From Octopus vulgaris (lineage: Eukaryota): DNA of 64,000 nt. Each line of letters starts with the position of its first letter. The first letter of the stretch is position 1. Below, piece by piece: positions 1 to 14,167 of the stretch. The DNA lies in NCBI GenBank assembly GCA_951406725.2, contig OX597818.1, positions 68,324,001-68,388,000 on the forward strand, written 5' to 3'. The position numbers and the translations under genes are program-made. The notes under the pieces were generated by a model. It saw only the letters and a list, made by a program, of their open reading frames with translations, was not told the origin of the DNA and ran no database searches.

Positions 1-530
1 CTGGAGCTTTGTCATGTTGTAGGAGTGCAATTTTCAATTGACCCAGCCAGGTAGCAGGACTTCAAAGCATCATATACTTCCTGCTGTTGTGGAGCATAAA
101 GGTTAGTGATCACAGCATTGCAGCACACTTTCAAAATTCTACCCAACACACAATGTGACCTTCTGTTCAGACCGTCTTTGTTTCAGAAGAGGTTCTGAAA
201 CCTGGTCCGAACATAACCACTAATTTCTTCAAGGATTACAAAAATAAATCCATTTTTCATTCCCAATTTACAATTTGACACCAAAAAAATGGGCCTCTGA
301 ACGATTTGCTAGCAGCTGTTTGTAAAATGTCCATGTCCTTAAGCCTGGTCATTGGTCATTTTAGGAGCAACAACTTCTCAACAGTGTTTGTTCACAAGGC
401 TGAGCTTGTGCCAATGTCATTTGAAATGGCTTTGCAAAGGACCAAGTTCTACCAACAATGTTTGAGCACTTCTGCTTTGCTGTTCACCCTTTTTAGTTAG
501 GCTTCAAATATTTTTGTGAGGAAATTTTGA
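1..530 (-). mobile_element. Mariner transposase relic
   Basis: Minus strand gives 'QKVTLCVG*NFE' (cf. KVMLCVWWN) and 'LLQHDKAP' (cf. LLQHDNAP/RH catalytic-D motif), with stops and frameshifts; runs off the window start. Confidence 0.7.
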
Positions 531-572
531 ACCTGAGTTTTCATTCCTAAGGTATTTTTGTTTATGTTGTTG

Positions 573-612
<40 letters not shown>

Positions 613-617
613 TATCA

Positions 618-867
618 TTCAGTAGTTTTATTTTTATAGCGTGCTTTCACTTCACTACCGAGCGCAGCTCTGTGGGCCTTAGGTATGTGCTGTGATGCTC
701 TGATGGTTATTGTATGGAAAGTGTTCTGCGTAGGATGTGTGCAGTGCCTAGTAGTCCAATTTTCTGTATGTTATATGTGTTTGTAAGTCCTGGTGTTTTT
801 GTTATGTATTTGTCTGAATATTTTTTTATCATGCCTAATGCACCTACTATGATAGGAATTGTTTCTG

Positions 868-870
<3 letters not shown>
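618..870 (-). mobile_element. 3' fragment of R4/Dong-clade non-LTR retrotransposon (RLE C-terminus + 3'UTR)
   Basis: Translates to 'TIPIIVGALGMIKKYSDKYITKTPGLTNTYNIQKIGLLGTAHILRRTLSIQ*'; flanked on both sides by (TTA)n. Confidence 0.8.
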
Positions 871-947
<77 letters not shown>

Positions 948-950
<3 letters not shown>

Positions 951-1020
951 TCACTGCCTGGAATCGAACTTGGAATCTTGGGGTTAGTAGCCTACATTCT
1001 TAACCACTACGCCATATGCC
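948..1020 (-). mobile_element. tRNA-derived SINE head
   Basis: Reverse complement ggcgtagtggttaag...gttcgattcc contains pol III A- and B-box-like motifs. Confidence 0.6.
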
Positions 1021-1024
1021 TGTG

Positions 1025-1150
1025 GGTTCGAAATTTCCCCAACATACCTGATGAAGGCTGGAGGGTATATCAACCAAAACATGTTAACAACAAACAAGAT
1101 GAGGACAAATATCCGTCAAATGTAAATAATATAATTAATGTAAATAATGC
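1025..1150 (+). mobile_element. Penelope-type terminal repeat with degenerate minimal hammerhead
   Basis: CTGATGA-a-GGCTG-loop-CAACC-AAAA; a near-identical copy is at 26258-26390. Confidence 0.55.
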
Positions 1151-1418
1151 TCAAGATTGCTTGTCTGTCTTTCTATCCATCCGCCTGTTCATCCATTCAT
1201 CTGTCTGTCTATCAATCTATGTACACACTCACACACACACACACACATGCATATACTTGTACACATGTATGTGAGTGTTATGGGCGGGTGTGTTGGCATG
1301 TATGAATATAAGAAGGTGTCCCCGTCTCTATGTATATGAGCGTCTGTGTTGTTGTTGTTTGTGTGAACGTTTGTTTGTAAAACAAGACTGAGAAGAAGGT
1401 AAAGTGACTGGCAGAACT

Positions 1419-1645
1419 GGCGGCGAGATGGCAGAAACACTAGCACACCGGGCGAAATGCTTAGCGGTATTTTGTCTGCCGTTATGTTCTGAGTTCAAAT
1501 TCCACCAAGGTCGACTTTGCCTTTCATCCTTTCAGGGTCGATAAATTAAGTACCAGTTACGCACTAGAGTCGATGTAATCGACTTAATCCCTTTGTCTGT
1601 CCTTGTGTGTCCCCTCTGTGTTTAGCCCCTTGTAGGCAATAAAGA
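1419..1645 (+). mobile_element. SINE family 1 (tRNA head + conserved core gtcgactttgcctttcatcctttc.gggtcgataaattaagtaccag)
   Basis: The same sequence recurs at 9843, 17385, 19195, 30337 and 62975. Confidence 0.85.
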
Positions 1646-2157
1646 CTTGAGAACTGGTGCTCACTGCTCGCAGACTGGGGTGCCACAATAAAGGGGCAGA
1701 TGAAATACAAAGGTTTGTACTTATATTAGTATTGATGTTGATCTTTGACCTGTTGTACTCAGCCACTATGTGTCTAATAGGAACAGCATGTATCGTTTTG
1801 AAGACCCTCCAGTACCACAAAACCCTCCTCGGGTCATACTCCATTATGGCATAAAAAGCAAAGCCAATTAGACAAGTGTTGCAAGGCATAAATCTCAGTT
1901 GCTGTATGGCTGGGAACTTCCACCTATTGGGGAAGGGTCTTAAAGCAGATGGATAAACAGAGAACGAAACAATAGCCAACCTGAGTCTCAGAAATCTCTG
2001 GGGTTTGTGACTCGAGGGTGATTGGTAAAGATGGTCTCTGACTGATATTTCTAGGATATCCCAGCTACTGGATCATTGTATCGCGAGAAGAATCTATAAG
2101 CTGGGTATTCTGTCATCAGAGAAATATCGGTTAGGGCACTTTGAATGCATATCTATT

Positions 2158-2310
2158 TGGTGGCTGTGTGGTAAGAAGCTTGCTACACAACCACATGGTT
2201 CCGGGTTCAGTCCCACTGCGTGGCAACTTAGGCAAGTGCCTTCTACTGTAGCCATGATCTCACCAAAGCCTTGTGAGTGGATTCAGTAGACGGAAACTGA
2301 AAGCCATCAT
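2158..2310 (+). mobile_element. SINE family 2 (tRNA head gtggctgtgtggtaag..ggttcagtccc)
   Basis: Matches copies at 9150, 45420 and 56290. Confidence 0.8.
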
Positions 2311-2384
2311 GTAACTTCCATTGACCATGCTGGCATGGGTACACTTCTCCCTACACCACACACATGCGCACGCACACATTCAAT

Positions 2385-2545
2385 AAAGTTCCGTACATTT
2401 TCTATCAATTTCACTCATAAGGTACAAAAGTAGGAAATCAGCTTGGGGCTAAAATCAGGGACTCATGAACAAGGGAGGCGCCATGCTGTGGGACTGAACC
2501 TGAAACCATGTGCCTGGAAAGTGAGCTTCATAATCCAACAGCCAG
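2385..2545 (-). mobile_element. SINE family 2, degraded, inverted relative to its neighbour
   Basis: gggactgaacctgaaaccatgtg is the reverse complement of the family-2 head. Confidence 0.65.
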
Positions 2546-3194
2546 TAATTTACTCAAGAGCAACCATGACAGAGCCATTTCCCAGTTGTATGACTTGCTA
2601 GAAATAACAGCTGTATTCCCCACTTCCTGAGACACCATTTACACATATAAAATGGAAGAAGGCAAAAGGAAGAAGTGTAGTCAAAAATAAGCTCCATCTT
2701 TGAAAATATATCAGATTGTCAGGGCCTGAACCTCTTTCGCTAGAGATTTGGTTTAGAAGGATTGAAACAGGGTCCTTCTAAGCCTTCTGGAAGTCTCACG
2801 AGAGATGAATCTGCAAGTGGGAAATTTTCCTCCAAAATGTAATCCTTTGCAAGGTTTTGATGTGTAAAACCAGCAAAATGTCTCATTCTTTCCATATTGT
2901 CCGAAGGTGGGGCAGGGCTGATACAGCTTGGCAATGGAATTGTTGCCATGAGAAAATAAAAGTTCAAAATGGATGATGCAAGAGATCTAATTAGATGCTC
3001 TGACCATTCGACTGGTCTACAGCCATGGGTTTTTTCTTCTTTTATTGACCCAGAACTTGTGGAAAGTAAAGTTGACCCTGGTGGGATTGGAACTCAGATA
3101 GCAGAGAGTTGAAACTAATCTACTTCATTCTACCAGAAGCAACAATGTCTCTGCCAAATTCACCACATATGACTACAATAACAGCAGCAAAAGT

Positions 3195-3268
<74 letters not shown>
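3195..3268. repeat. (ACT)n microsatellite
   Basis: Direct reading. Confidence 0.98.
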
Positions 3269-4815
3269 TAGCTTTAGTCTACTTGGTCAAAGTTGATCTA
3301 TGGTTTCAACCACAACAACAGCAATAATATTTTCCTTCACGATTTTGTAATATTTTTCCCATTTATTTTGAAATCAAGGATTTCCTTATGGCTATTGGCA
3401 GTGCTTTCTTAGTTATTTTGGACACTGGTTTTTCTATGCATCTTTCTCAAAGATGATGATTGCTAACTCATGCTGAGCAAATTTCATTTTACAGCCTTCA
3501 GGAACACTTTTCATTTCGTTGAAGCTGTGTTTAGTTTGGAATGACAGAGCTTCATCCGTTATTACAGCCAACACAATCTTACCACATTTTATGAGTTTTG
3601 CTTATCATGCTGAGTAAATTTTGAGACAGTTTCAAAGAAATTATTAGAAAATGTCAATCAAGTTTGTAAAACGAAAATTGTTGATATTTTTGTAGATCAA
3701 GGAATGTTCTCATATTTGTGTGTCTTAAATCTATGAATGTTGTTCTTGTGACCCAATGTAGGCTGGCTAATATCCTTGATAAACTTCTTTTGAACGGATT
3801 CGTGGCAATAATATGAATATATTTATTTTACTGGTATTTTTTGAAACATTTTCCATTGGATTTTTAGCAAATATTGAGACATGAGAGAAAAATATCAATA
3901 CCTATTTTCAGAATAGCAGTGAATTGGTGGTATGATGTGCAGTGCCACGTCTCTTTATTTCATATCTGTTTCGTATTTCTTACTTTAGTAACATAACAAG
4001 TAGGACATCATCCCTTGCAATAAGTATTGCCTACATTGTCAAAAAATTTCAACCATTTGATCTTATTGGATTTAACTCCCTTGTTTATTGGATTTTTGTT
4101 TTAGATTATAAAAACTCCTAGAAGGATTTTTGTGTACTTTTTTGTCAAATAATCTCAGTTCTTTATATTTCAACTCACTAAATTACACATGTGTGACTCT
4201 AAAATACATAAATTTTGTATACGAAATATTTCCCAGTGGATTTTTCTCCTTACCATTTTGCTAACAGACTAACTTGTTGCATTAATGGTTAAGTAACGTA
4301 CGTGGTGTAGTCAACCATATATTGATTTTAACTGAAATCAATTTTGACTTTCTGCATCAAGGCCCCATCGAACTATATGTTCGTCATGCAGAAGGTATCC
4401 TTAAACATTGTTGCCATGAAATTATTTCGATCCTTAAACAAACAATCGATTTATTAGTTGGTTAGATATTTAAACAATTGACTAACAAAAAAAAAAGTGA
4501 TATTGAACAAGTCCATGTGTTGATATTATTGGCGTACTGACCCACCCAAGACAAAATTTGTTTTATCACACAAATTCACATCAAGAATCTTGCAAATGAA
4601 ATATAAGAACTGATCATATTTTTTTCTATGTAATATCAAGATTACAAGAGAACCTCCATGTTTGTGCTCAATCTGCCAAAAATTGCAGTCAAATCTATAT
4701 GATATCATATCCTATTACCTTAACAACGAAGGACACTTTTGACAACCTTGTCTTTCATTTTACATGATAAAAACGAAAATTAAGGAATTGATCTTGGCTG
4801 AAACTCTTTGTAATT

Positions 4816-5105
<290 letters not shown>

Positions 5106-5109
5106 AAGT

Positions 5110-5310
5110 AGCTTAGGATGCTCTGGTAGTAACACTCCATAACTATTATATTTACTTGTTTACTCCACCTATGCTTTGTAGCATGGCTATCATTTGCTAG
5201 ATTACGACCGAGCCCGCACTTCTGGGCACCTGCCGGGTGTGGCAACGTCACCATTAGCTCCAGTCCCGTTCACACCATTTTTGTCATTTATTTTGCTTGG
5301 CATTTTCACT
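5110..5310 (-). mobile_element. 5' coding fragment of R4/Dong-type element
   Basis: 'MPSKINDKNGVNGTGANGDVATPGR...RWSKQVNIIVMECYY' is homologous to the N-terminus of the element at 27690-29600 ('MKKQNIVNNGGNEAEAVGGDSAAPGR...RWNKQV'). Confidence 0.65.
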
Positions 5311-5399
5311 CGCAAATGACGTGTATTTTTTAGGTTACTACCAACTGGTATTTTTATCAAGACACCAAGGTAGTCCACCAAGGTGGCAGGGACCTTGCT

Positions 5400-6480
5400 T
5401 CCTTGGTTTTTAACTCAGAATGTATCTTTATGGCTCTGAGCGATGCGATTTTGGTCGTTGTTGCTACTGACAGCATATGGACGACTCTTTCCCGTCCTTA
5501 TCTTCTCGCCAGTGTTCGTTTAGCCTCTCCGCTATACTCCTAGGGGTCTCCGCAGTCTATCCTTACAAACCCCTTCCATGCAGCTTAAGCTGTAGACTAC
5601 GTTTGCAGTCTTACAGTTAATTCTGTGGTTAAAGGTAAACACCACACAGTTTACACCAGTGCATGTGGTATTTTCGAAGCTGTACCTCCTATATAATTTT
5701 GATCTAATGGTCCTAAACCTACTCGTTAATTCCCCATGCAGTTTGCCCTCTAGAACCATTACTTCTTCATATTTATCAGCATTGTACCATGTGTTCTCTG
5801 TGTTTGCTTTGCCACAAATCCACTGTATACTGTTCCTATGTTCCCTTCGGTATCTCGCACGGGTTCCACTGGCATCATTACTTATGTTGTCATCTAATTT
5901 CTTTCTGGTCGTATCCAGAGAAATACATACGCTGCATGAATTTCTATGCTTGTCACCTTGTCACATAAGGTTCGCACAGGAAGGACACATTGTTCATTAT
6001 CCTAAGTTTGTTATTAGTATGTAAATTTTCACATTGTGTGACAAAAGTGATTTTTTTGTGAATAACGTATTTAGAAGCTGTAGGTTTCAGGTCATAGGAG
6101 TGGAGGAGCGGCACACTGTTGCTTATTGTCTCCAACAAAAGTTCAGTATCAAGGATAGAGTGTGTATCGTTAGGGTGCCTAGTGGGGTAATCTTTGGTTA
6201 CCTTGATACTTTGTCGGAGGGAGTTAGCTGAGTACTCGATGTCCTCCATCGTTCTCCTCTCGGTTTTCTCGGTTCGGTCATATGTAGTTGTCCTAACCAG
6301 AATAGAATATGTCATCTATACCTGCCGTATAGTAATAATGCAACAGATTGTTCGTCTAAGAATTGTCTGAAATTTCTGTTCCACCATGATGAGGCCGGTC
6401 ACACTGTCACCGACAATGAGCGTCACAATATCCGCGGGAAGAAGTAAGATAGCCTATAGTTGCTGGAAATATTGACCTCA
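5400..6480 (-). mobile_element. Penelope-like element relic (RT C-half + GIY-YIG endonuclease)
   Basis: 'LLLYGRY(fs)DDI' RT motif (~6320); 'ANSLRQSIKVTKDYP..ILD..KPTASKYVI'; GIY-YIG 'INCKTANVVYSLSC...YSGEAKRTLARR'. Confidence 0.75.
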
Positions 6481-7091
6481 CAAACAGGCTGACTTGTGGG
6501 CCCATAACAGGGTCTTCACACGCATACACTCCTACCCAACACCACCACCTCCTCCTAACCATACCACACACCCCACAGCATAACCCATAAATTTACAGAG
6601 AACATAAGACAAAAACAAAACGATAAAGACAAAAGGTGAAACTTGAAAACGGTCATCGAGTCTTATACACACACACCCACTAACAGAGAAACACACATAA
6701 AGGTAATACACGGGCGTATACACACACACACACACATAGGCACACGTGCGCACAAGCACACACAAACCTATCAGTCATCCTCACCTTTATTTCTTCTAAA
6801 CTACACACACCAACACACGAAGACGAACAAAGACGACCTCCGTAGAGAATTGGGAGAGAAATAGCTGAAAAGGTTGCGAAGGGCGACGATAATTCTTTGA
6901 CGAACAAAGAAAGAACGATTGACTGTTGAGCTACCAAGTGAAACAAATGATCGTTCGCTTAGTGAGATTGGTATTTAACCAATTCACTAATAATAAGAAT
7001 AATGATAAAATGTGGAATTGAACATGTGCGTAATGACTCCCCCACGACACAACAAAATGTGTCTCAAGACACAAATTCACATATAAAAATG

Positions 7092-7582
<491 letters not shown>

Positions 7583-7777
7583 TATCATGGACCTTCTCTT
7601 CTCCCTCATTGATGGTTCTCCTCGGCACAGAAACATAATAGTTCGGTAGCAAATACGATGCACTTCCTTTGGATGTGGAGATCATTGTAAGAGAAGCATG
7701 TGTGTTCGGATCAGGCCTGTAGCGAAGTAAGAGTTCAGAAATCTATCGATAGCTAACAATGCAATACACACGCCAAT

Positions 7778-7911
7778 GGAAGAAGAAGAAGAAGAAGAAG
7801 AAGAAGAAGAAGAAGAAGAAGAAGAAGAAGAAGAAGAAGAAGAAGAAGAAGAAGAAGAAGAAGAAGAAGAAGAAGAAGAAGAAGAAGGAGGAGGAGGAGG
7901 AGGAGGAGGAG
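7778..7911. repeat. (GAA)n-(GAG)n microsatellite
   Basis: Direct reading. Confidence 0.98.
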
Positions 7912-8463
7912 AATCACATGATGACCTAAGGATATGATGAGGAATTTAATATATCTGGTTTTGTCTGCAACAACTGCCATAGGACTTGTTTGGTGATTTG
8001 TTCTTTATTTTTTCTTTGTTTTTTGGTAAAGAATGAAGAAAGAATAAAAGAAAACCTGAAGAAAAGAGGTGAAACACACATCATGCCATATCTATATATA
8101 TATACATATGAATATTTGTATGCATCAATATACATATGTGTCTGTACACGCATATATATATACTTACACATGCCTATCTATTTATCTATCTTTCTATCTA
8201 TCTGTATATATATATGTATATATATATTTACATAAATATATATATGTATATATATACATTAATATATACACATTACCTATATATATGTATATATATATAT
8301 ATATATATTTACATCAATATATATATATATATATATATTTACATCAATATATATGTATGTATATATATATTTACACAAATATATATATGTATGTATATAT
8401 ATATATATACATATATAAATAAATGCATATATGTCACTCTGTTTGCTATATCTATATCTATGT

Positions 8464-8497
<34 letters not shown>

Positions 8498-9091
8498 TCA
8501 TGCACACATGCACATACCAAATAATCTAACATTTTGCTGCTTACATTGTATTACTGATAAAAGAATATATCATACAAAATTAATTATCTCTATCACTTGC
8601 GTATAAAACAAATCTGATTTTATTATATAACTATTAGAAATCAGTGATGGAGTACGGTAACCCGAATCACTCGGAGCTCTAATTCATACTGCCTACATAT
8701 GAAATAATTCAGAAGTTTATGCTTTACGTCAACGAAAAGTAGAATGGAAATCAATTTGGCCATTGACTTAATTGCATTAATCAAAGACAGATGTCTTGTA
8801 TCCATCGTATGTGGTTCGACTGGTATGTTTAGTTTTAGGAATTTCACCATTTATTAAAGCAATTCTCATCTGCTCTCTGACGGGGAAGTTTGCTGTAATT
8901 TTATTATGCAAGTTAAAAGTGTTAATAAATCATCAAAATAAGAAAATCAGTCGGATCGATTTATGAAATCACTTCACGAAACCGTTTAATATTGGATTCT
9001 TATCGTATGGATCAAATAGGAATAATATCACTAAAGAAATTGCTTACACATGTACGTATGTTACATATATTTAAATACATGTGCACATATT

Positions 9092-9146
<55 letters not shown>

Positions 9147-9149
9147 ATA

Positions 9150-9545
9150 GGTGAAGGAGTGGTTGTGTGAAAAGTAGCTTGCTAACCAACCACATGGTTC
9201 TGGGTTCAATCCCACAGCGCGGCACCTTGGGCAAGTGTCTTCTACTATAGTCGCGTGCCGACCAAACCCTTTTGAGTGGATTTGGTAGACGGAAACTGAA
9301 AGAAGCCCATCGTATATATGTACATATATATATTTTTTTTTTGTGCATCTGTGTTAGTTCCCAACAACATCGATTGACAACCGATGCTGGTGTGTTTACG
9401 TCCCCGTAACTTAGCGGTTCAGCAAAAGACCGGTAGAATGAGTACTAAGCTTACAAAGAATAAGTCCTGGGGTCGATTTACTCGTCTAAAGACGGTGCTC
9501 CAGCATGGCCGCAGTCAAATGATTGAAACAAATAAAAGAGTAAAA
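9150..9545 (+). mobile_element. SINE family 2, full-length with internal microsatellite and 3' tail
   Basis: tRNA-like head, then ...gtagacggaaactgaaagaagccc..., tail ...ccagcatggccgcagtcaaatga; mirrors 45420-45908. Confidence 0.85.
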
Positions 9546-9842
9546 GAATATGGGTATATATATCTATTTGTGAATTTGCTTATACTTTCGTTTAATTTTT
9601 TCTTTTTTTCTTTGTATGTTGGTCTTCTTGTTCCTCTTGTGCTTTCTCTTTATCTCGATGTATTTAAACTAGTAATCTGTTTCTGATTAACACTATACAA
9701 CATTCCTGATGATTTGGGTAAACTTATATAGATTTGATTTCATTAGAATTACTTCTGCATCACAATTATGTAATTATGCCTTTCATTGTGTTTATCTTAA
9801 TGAAACAGCTGCTGATCACAGTTAAATTATGAAGAATTTGTA

Positions 9843-10050
9843 AGTTGGTGACCTGGCAGAACCATTATCACACCAGGCGAAATGCTCAGCAGTATTTCTT
9901 CCATTTTAACGTTCTGAGTTCAAATTTCTCCTTTGCATTTCATCCTTACGGGGTCGATGAAGTAAGTACTAGGGTACCACTGGGGTATATGTTATCGACT
10001 GACCGCCTGCCTCAAAATTTCAGGCCGTGTGTCTATAGTAGAAAGGATAT
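9843..10050 (+). mobile_element. SINE family 1, degraded
   Basis: Head plus core tttcatccttacggggtcgatgaagtaagtac. Confidence 0.7.
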
Positions 10051-10261
10051 TATGCCCTATTTGTGGAAGTTATGCATTTTCCATTTTATGATAAATGAGG
10101 CTGAACGGTCGTGAGACTGGTCTTGGTGTAGATTACTATCTGAGCATGAAACTTGAAGTAGTTCATGTATAACTCATTCATTCATAAAATGATACTAATC
10201 GTTCACTGGATTCAGTACAGTTTCTGATCCTAAATGCAAACGAACAGTATAAAATGTATTA

Positions 10262-10295
<34 letters not shown>

Positions 10296-10476
10296 CATAT
10301 ATAGCAAAAGTTGTTTGCGCTGCTTATATTGTTTCTTGGCATTATGTAGGTGAATGGAATATATGAACTTGGTACAGATAATCTGACATTATTCATGAAT
10401 TCTGCATGCAAAAACATATAAGATACAGGTATTTTTTTCTTGGGACAAATTCTTTGTTGACCAGTGTTATTCTTAC

Positions 10477-10522
10477 GTAGTTAACCAATCCAAGCATGAA
10501 AACGTTACTCAACTTTGAAGTT
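10477..10522 (-). CDS. Candidate exon, end of CNBD beta-roll (channel module B4)
   Basis: tctacag|...|gtaaga, phase 2->0, 'TSKLSNVFMLGLVNY'. Joined to the upstream exon, 'STLRTSKLSNVFMLGLVNY' aligns ungapped to HCN 'ASVRADTYCRLYSLSVDNF'. Confidence 0.55.
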
Positions 10523-10809
10523 CTGTAGACAGACACACCCTTTTCCCACACACATGCACTTATATATTTGATGTACACAAATACATGACAAGTATACATA
10601 ATACTGAAATACATATAGAGTAAACACATTCAGACAAATATATTAATAAAACAGATTTTAAAAAATAATAAAAACATGCAATCAATGAAGAGACGAAAGA
10701 AGCAGTAGGATGATACGTGTTGATTTTATTTGGTATTTCTGTTTATTTAGAAACGTTCAATGAAGAGGTCATTTCACAGACACTAAACTTTAATTTCACA
10801 GAGTACAAC

Positions 10810-10861
10810 CTTAAAGTTGACTCCGATCCACTAAACGCGGGAAAGTTCTGTCTCCTGTTGG
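10810..10861 (-). CDS. Candidate exon, CNBD (module B4)
   Basis: tttatag|...|gttgta, phase 1->2, 'NRRQNFPAFSGSESTLR'; phase fits the next exon. Confidence 0.45.
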
Positions 10862-11109
10862 CTATAAATACAGTGGGTTTTTTTCGATTTTTAAACCTCT
10901 GTAACTTTTCCGTTCAGTTTTATTTTCTCCACAACGTCATAACTTCATAGCAATTAGACTGCAAAAATTTATTATTATAGCCGATTTTCAGATTTTTTAC
11001 TGTCTTTTAAAAATGCAGATTTTGTGAATGAAAAAAACTAGATCCGAATTAAGTTTACAAATTGTGTTAGACTGTGGTCATGCTGGAGTACCACTTGAAA
11101 ATTATGTCA

Positions 11110-11200
11110 ATATTATCATCTCCCAACACAATTCTTCGCAAATGGTCAGATGTATGTTGCGCTATCAAGAGTGTCAAGAAAAGAAAATACAAAAGTATTA
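11110..11200 (+). mobile_element. Helitron Pif1-helicase C-terminal fragment
   Basis: 'PTQFFANGQMYVALSRVS' matches the F.HGQLYVALSRV motif. Confidence 0.7.
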
Positions 11201-11459
11201 ACCCAGATAAAATATTAACAGAGATAAATGAAAAGGGTCCATTTTCTGACAGTTATGTCTGCAAAAAAATTCTACATTGATGTGAGACATTCATTACTCT
11301 CTCTTGTAATTGAGATGTATTTAAGTTTCTTTTTAATTGCCAGGAAAGGGACACTAGAAACACTTAAGTGAATAGAATGAAAGAACAATATAGTAAAACT
11401 CAATTCTTCATAATGGTAAATGTAATTCCTTAATTCCCAGCAGAGAATCTATCTTCAAA

Positions 11460-11561
11460 TTCACTCAAATGAAGATTCCTGAACATTTTGCCTTGGCAGT
11501 CTCATCTCCAATTTCCCAATCTTCATTATCGTCTTTTTTAAATGTATCATGGTTTATTTTA
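11460..11561 (-). pseudogene. Candidate CNBD exon with uncertain frame (module B4)
   Basis: Acceptor gtaatcag; one frame gives 'IMKIGKLEM..QESSF' (cf. IIKEGKLAV..GSYFGE). No clean phase-compatible reading found. Confidence 0.3.
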
Positions 11562-11949
11562 CTGATTACAAAATAAACAACATCATTGTTCAGTTCATGA
11601 ACATATTGTTAATTTACTCTATAATTTATGTATCATATCTATATGCATATATAATATCAATATGCACAACACATGCCCACCGTGCGGTTTTTCTGCTCGT
11701 TTATTTAACTAAACTTCACTGTTATTATATGTTAAAATTATATATACATGTACAGAGAGATAGATAGATAGGTAGATAGATTGATAGATAGATAGAGGAG
11801 GAGAAAGGGAGAGAGAAAAAGTGCGTATGTGTGTGTGCACGGGTGCGTAAATGCAGCATTATGAAGGACAACATAAGACGAAGAAAATTATATAAAGAAG
11901 TTATATTAACGTAAGAGAAAGTGGGAGTATCATGAGATTTTGAACTCGT

Positions 11950-12800
11950 GTCCTTCATCAAATGTCAAAAAGAGAGAAGCACAGGGAGAGGTAATTAGTT
12001 AATGGAAAAGGAAATACAAGCCTGAGTTTAGAAACGATGCAAGAACGCTGCTTTTTTTTGGAGAGATGTAGAGTTAAATGCGGAGGAAAGCGGTGATTGT
12101 GTAGATGCAAGTTAATGTGCGTCTGATAGGGTGAAGAATGCCTGTTTATGAAGGTATGAAAATGTGGAAGAGGAGTGATGTTGGTGGTTTAAAAAAGGAA
12201 AAAAAAACATGTATTTGAGGAGGTAAATGTATGGACGAGGGAATAAATGCCTTGATGAATCACGAGAAATAGCAAGGGCATGTTGGAAGGTGTTACTGAT
12301 TTGTGCGTGCATGGTTATGTCAAATGTACGTAGGTGTGGTTAAACGGTTTTTAACAAAGAGAGAAGGGTTTAAAATATTCGAAAGTGAGAGAAAAATAGT
12401 TGAATTCTTGAATTGAAGAAAAGACAAATAAATTTGCCCGAAGAATTTGATAGAATCCAGAAAAGGGTGGGAATTGCCAAAGAAACTGTGTACTCCAGTA
12501 AGGAGATAAAATAGCTGAGATGAAAGTTTCAAAGAATCTAGTCGAGACGCCCTTGAAGTAGGAAGTAAATGGCAAATGGTGTAGAGAAAAAGTCGTTTTT
12601 GAGAGAAGAATTGAAAGGAGAGAGAAGTGAAATTATTTGTGGGAGTTTGGGCACGTTGCGATGTCAGCCAGACCCAAATGATCTTCCGCCATAAGTTGAT
12701 AAAGTGTGGTTGGCCTCCAGTAGGGTAGAGTTCAAACTATATTATTGATCGTCGAGAAAGAACCACAGGAAACCATCGAAATGTGTTCTCGTTGAATCAC
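11950..12800 (-). mobile_element. Probable Penelope-like element N-terminal relic
   Basis: Purine-rich plus strand; minus strand 'LNSGLYF' (cf. LSKGLxF); heavily decayed. Confidence 0.3.
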
Positions 12801-13525
12801 CATTCTGGAAAATTCCCTGAAGATTGAAACTGTCTCGTCTTGGCTACTGCATTGCATGCTTATCTCCGGCCGTCTCAATCTCTCTCTCTCTCTCTCTCCC
12901 TCTTTCTCTCTCCCTCTCTCTTACCACTTCTACCATTGTCTTTCACTGTCTTCTTTCTGTGCCATTCAGGAAAATACTGGAATGGATCAAATTCCAACAG
13001 AGAAACAAATCCACACACGCGCGCACATACAACGATATATACACGCCCACGTATATATGCATAATACAAATATACACACGCACGCGCAGACACACACACA
13101 TCAAATCACACACAAACACACATGTACACACCAATATACACACACACAAATATATATATATACATACACACTTACCTATATGTATGTGTATAAATTTGAT
13201 GTACACGTGTATATATGTATATATACTCACATAACATATATAGATTGAAAATATATAATATAAAACATAATAGATAAATTTGTCATTGTGTGTGCATATA
13301 TACATATATGTATATGTATATATATATATATGTGTGTGTGTATGTGTGTGTACACATGTACACAAGTATGTATGTTTACATCTGTATACATGGGTATGTT
13401 TGTGTATATTTGTATATGTATATATATATATATATGTGTATACCTACATACACACACACATATATATACATGCATACATATATACATACATATATACGTA
13501 TATACACATGCGCATGCAAATGTAC

Positions 13526-13598
<73 letters not shown>

Positions 13599-13970
13599 TG
13601 TTGATATGTACGCTTGTATATTAACGGGGATATATGCCCAACATTGTAAGTTATGCAATGTGCAACATAATAGACTAAAAAAATCTGGAAAGCGTAAAAA
13701 AGAAAAGGAAATGAAAATTTGTTGCAGAAAGGATATAAATATCGTAATTGGAATGGTGTGTAAGAGAATCCTTTCTGTGAATCCTTAGGATAGAAGGAAT
13801 TGGCTGGAGAATGTAATGTAAAAAAATATGAAAGAAAACTGAAGGAATATTAAAGACATGCGTTATATATGTATATATGTAGGTATATACACTCACATAG
13901 GTATTTGAGTGTTTTATAAAAAAGAATACAATATGTCCAATAATATTCATTTCGCTTCGTTCGTATTCAC

Positions 13971-14167
13971 AGTCTGGAATGGTTTGTAAGAAAGTACTTG
14001 TCCTTATATTTATATTGATAGAAATATTGACGAACAACACCGGGACCTATTCTGAGTTCAGTCAACATTATCGCAAGAAATCTTCTACTTTTACAATTTT
14101 TCATCATTCCAAAATCTCTCAACAAATGTCTCCAAGATATATGCAAAATTTGCCGCAGACACGTTTT
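13971..14167 (-). CDS. Candidate exon, C-linker end + CNBD start (module B4)
   Basis: cattttcag|...|gtgaat, phase 0->2, open for 65 codons: 'KTCLRQILHISWRHLLRDFGMMKNCKSRRFLAIMLTELR' vs HCN '[37 protein letters not shown]'. Confidence 0.65.

Larger units (their letters stand above)
1700..4740 (+). pseudogene. Possible inverted, partial CNBD-channel (CNGK-like) relic, interrupted by SINEs and repeats
   Basis: Plus-strand fragments in plausible order: S2-like 'LMLIFDLLYSATMCLIGTAC' (~1730), post-S5-like 'YWIIVSREESISWVF..LNAYL' (~2065-2155), CNBD-like 'KIVDIFVDQGMFSYLCV' (~3675), S3-like 'RNISQWIFLLTILLTD' (~4220), S6-like 'FVLNLPKIA' (~4660). Matches are weak. Confidence 0.35.

Noticed and set aside
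948-1020. tRNA gene
   Set aside because: The tRNA-like sequences in this window are SINE heads without an intact cloverleaf.
8775-8878. Possible terminal exon on the minus strand 'EQMRIALINGEIPKTKHTSRTTYDGYKTSVFD*'
   Set aside because: It has a plausible acceptor but no recognisable homology and no phase link to the upstream exons.
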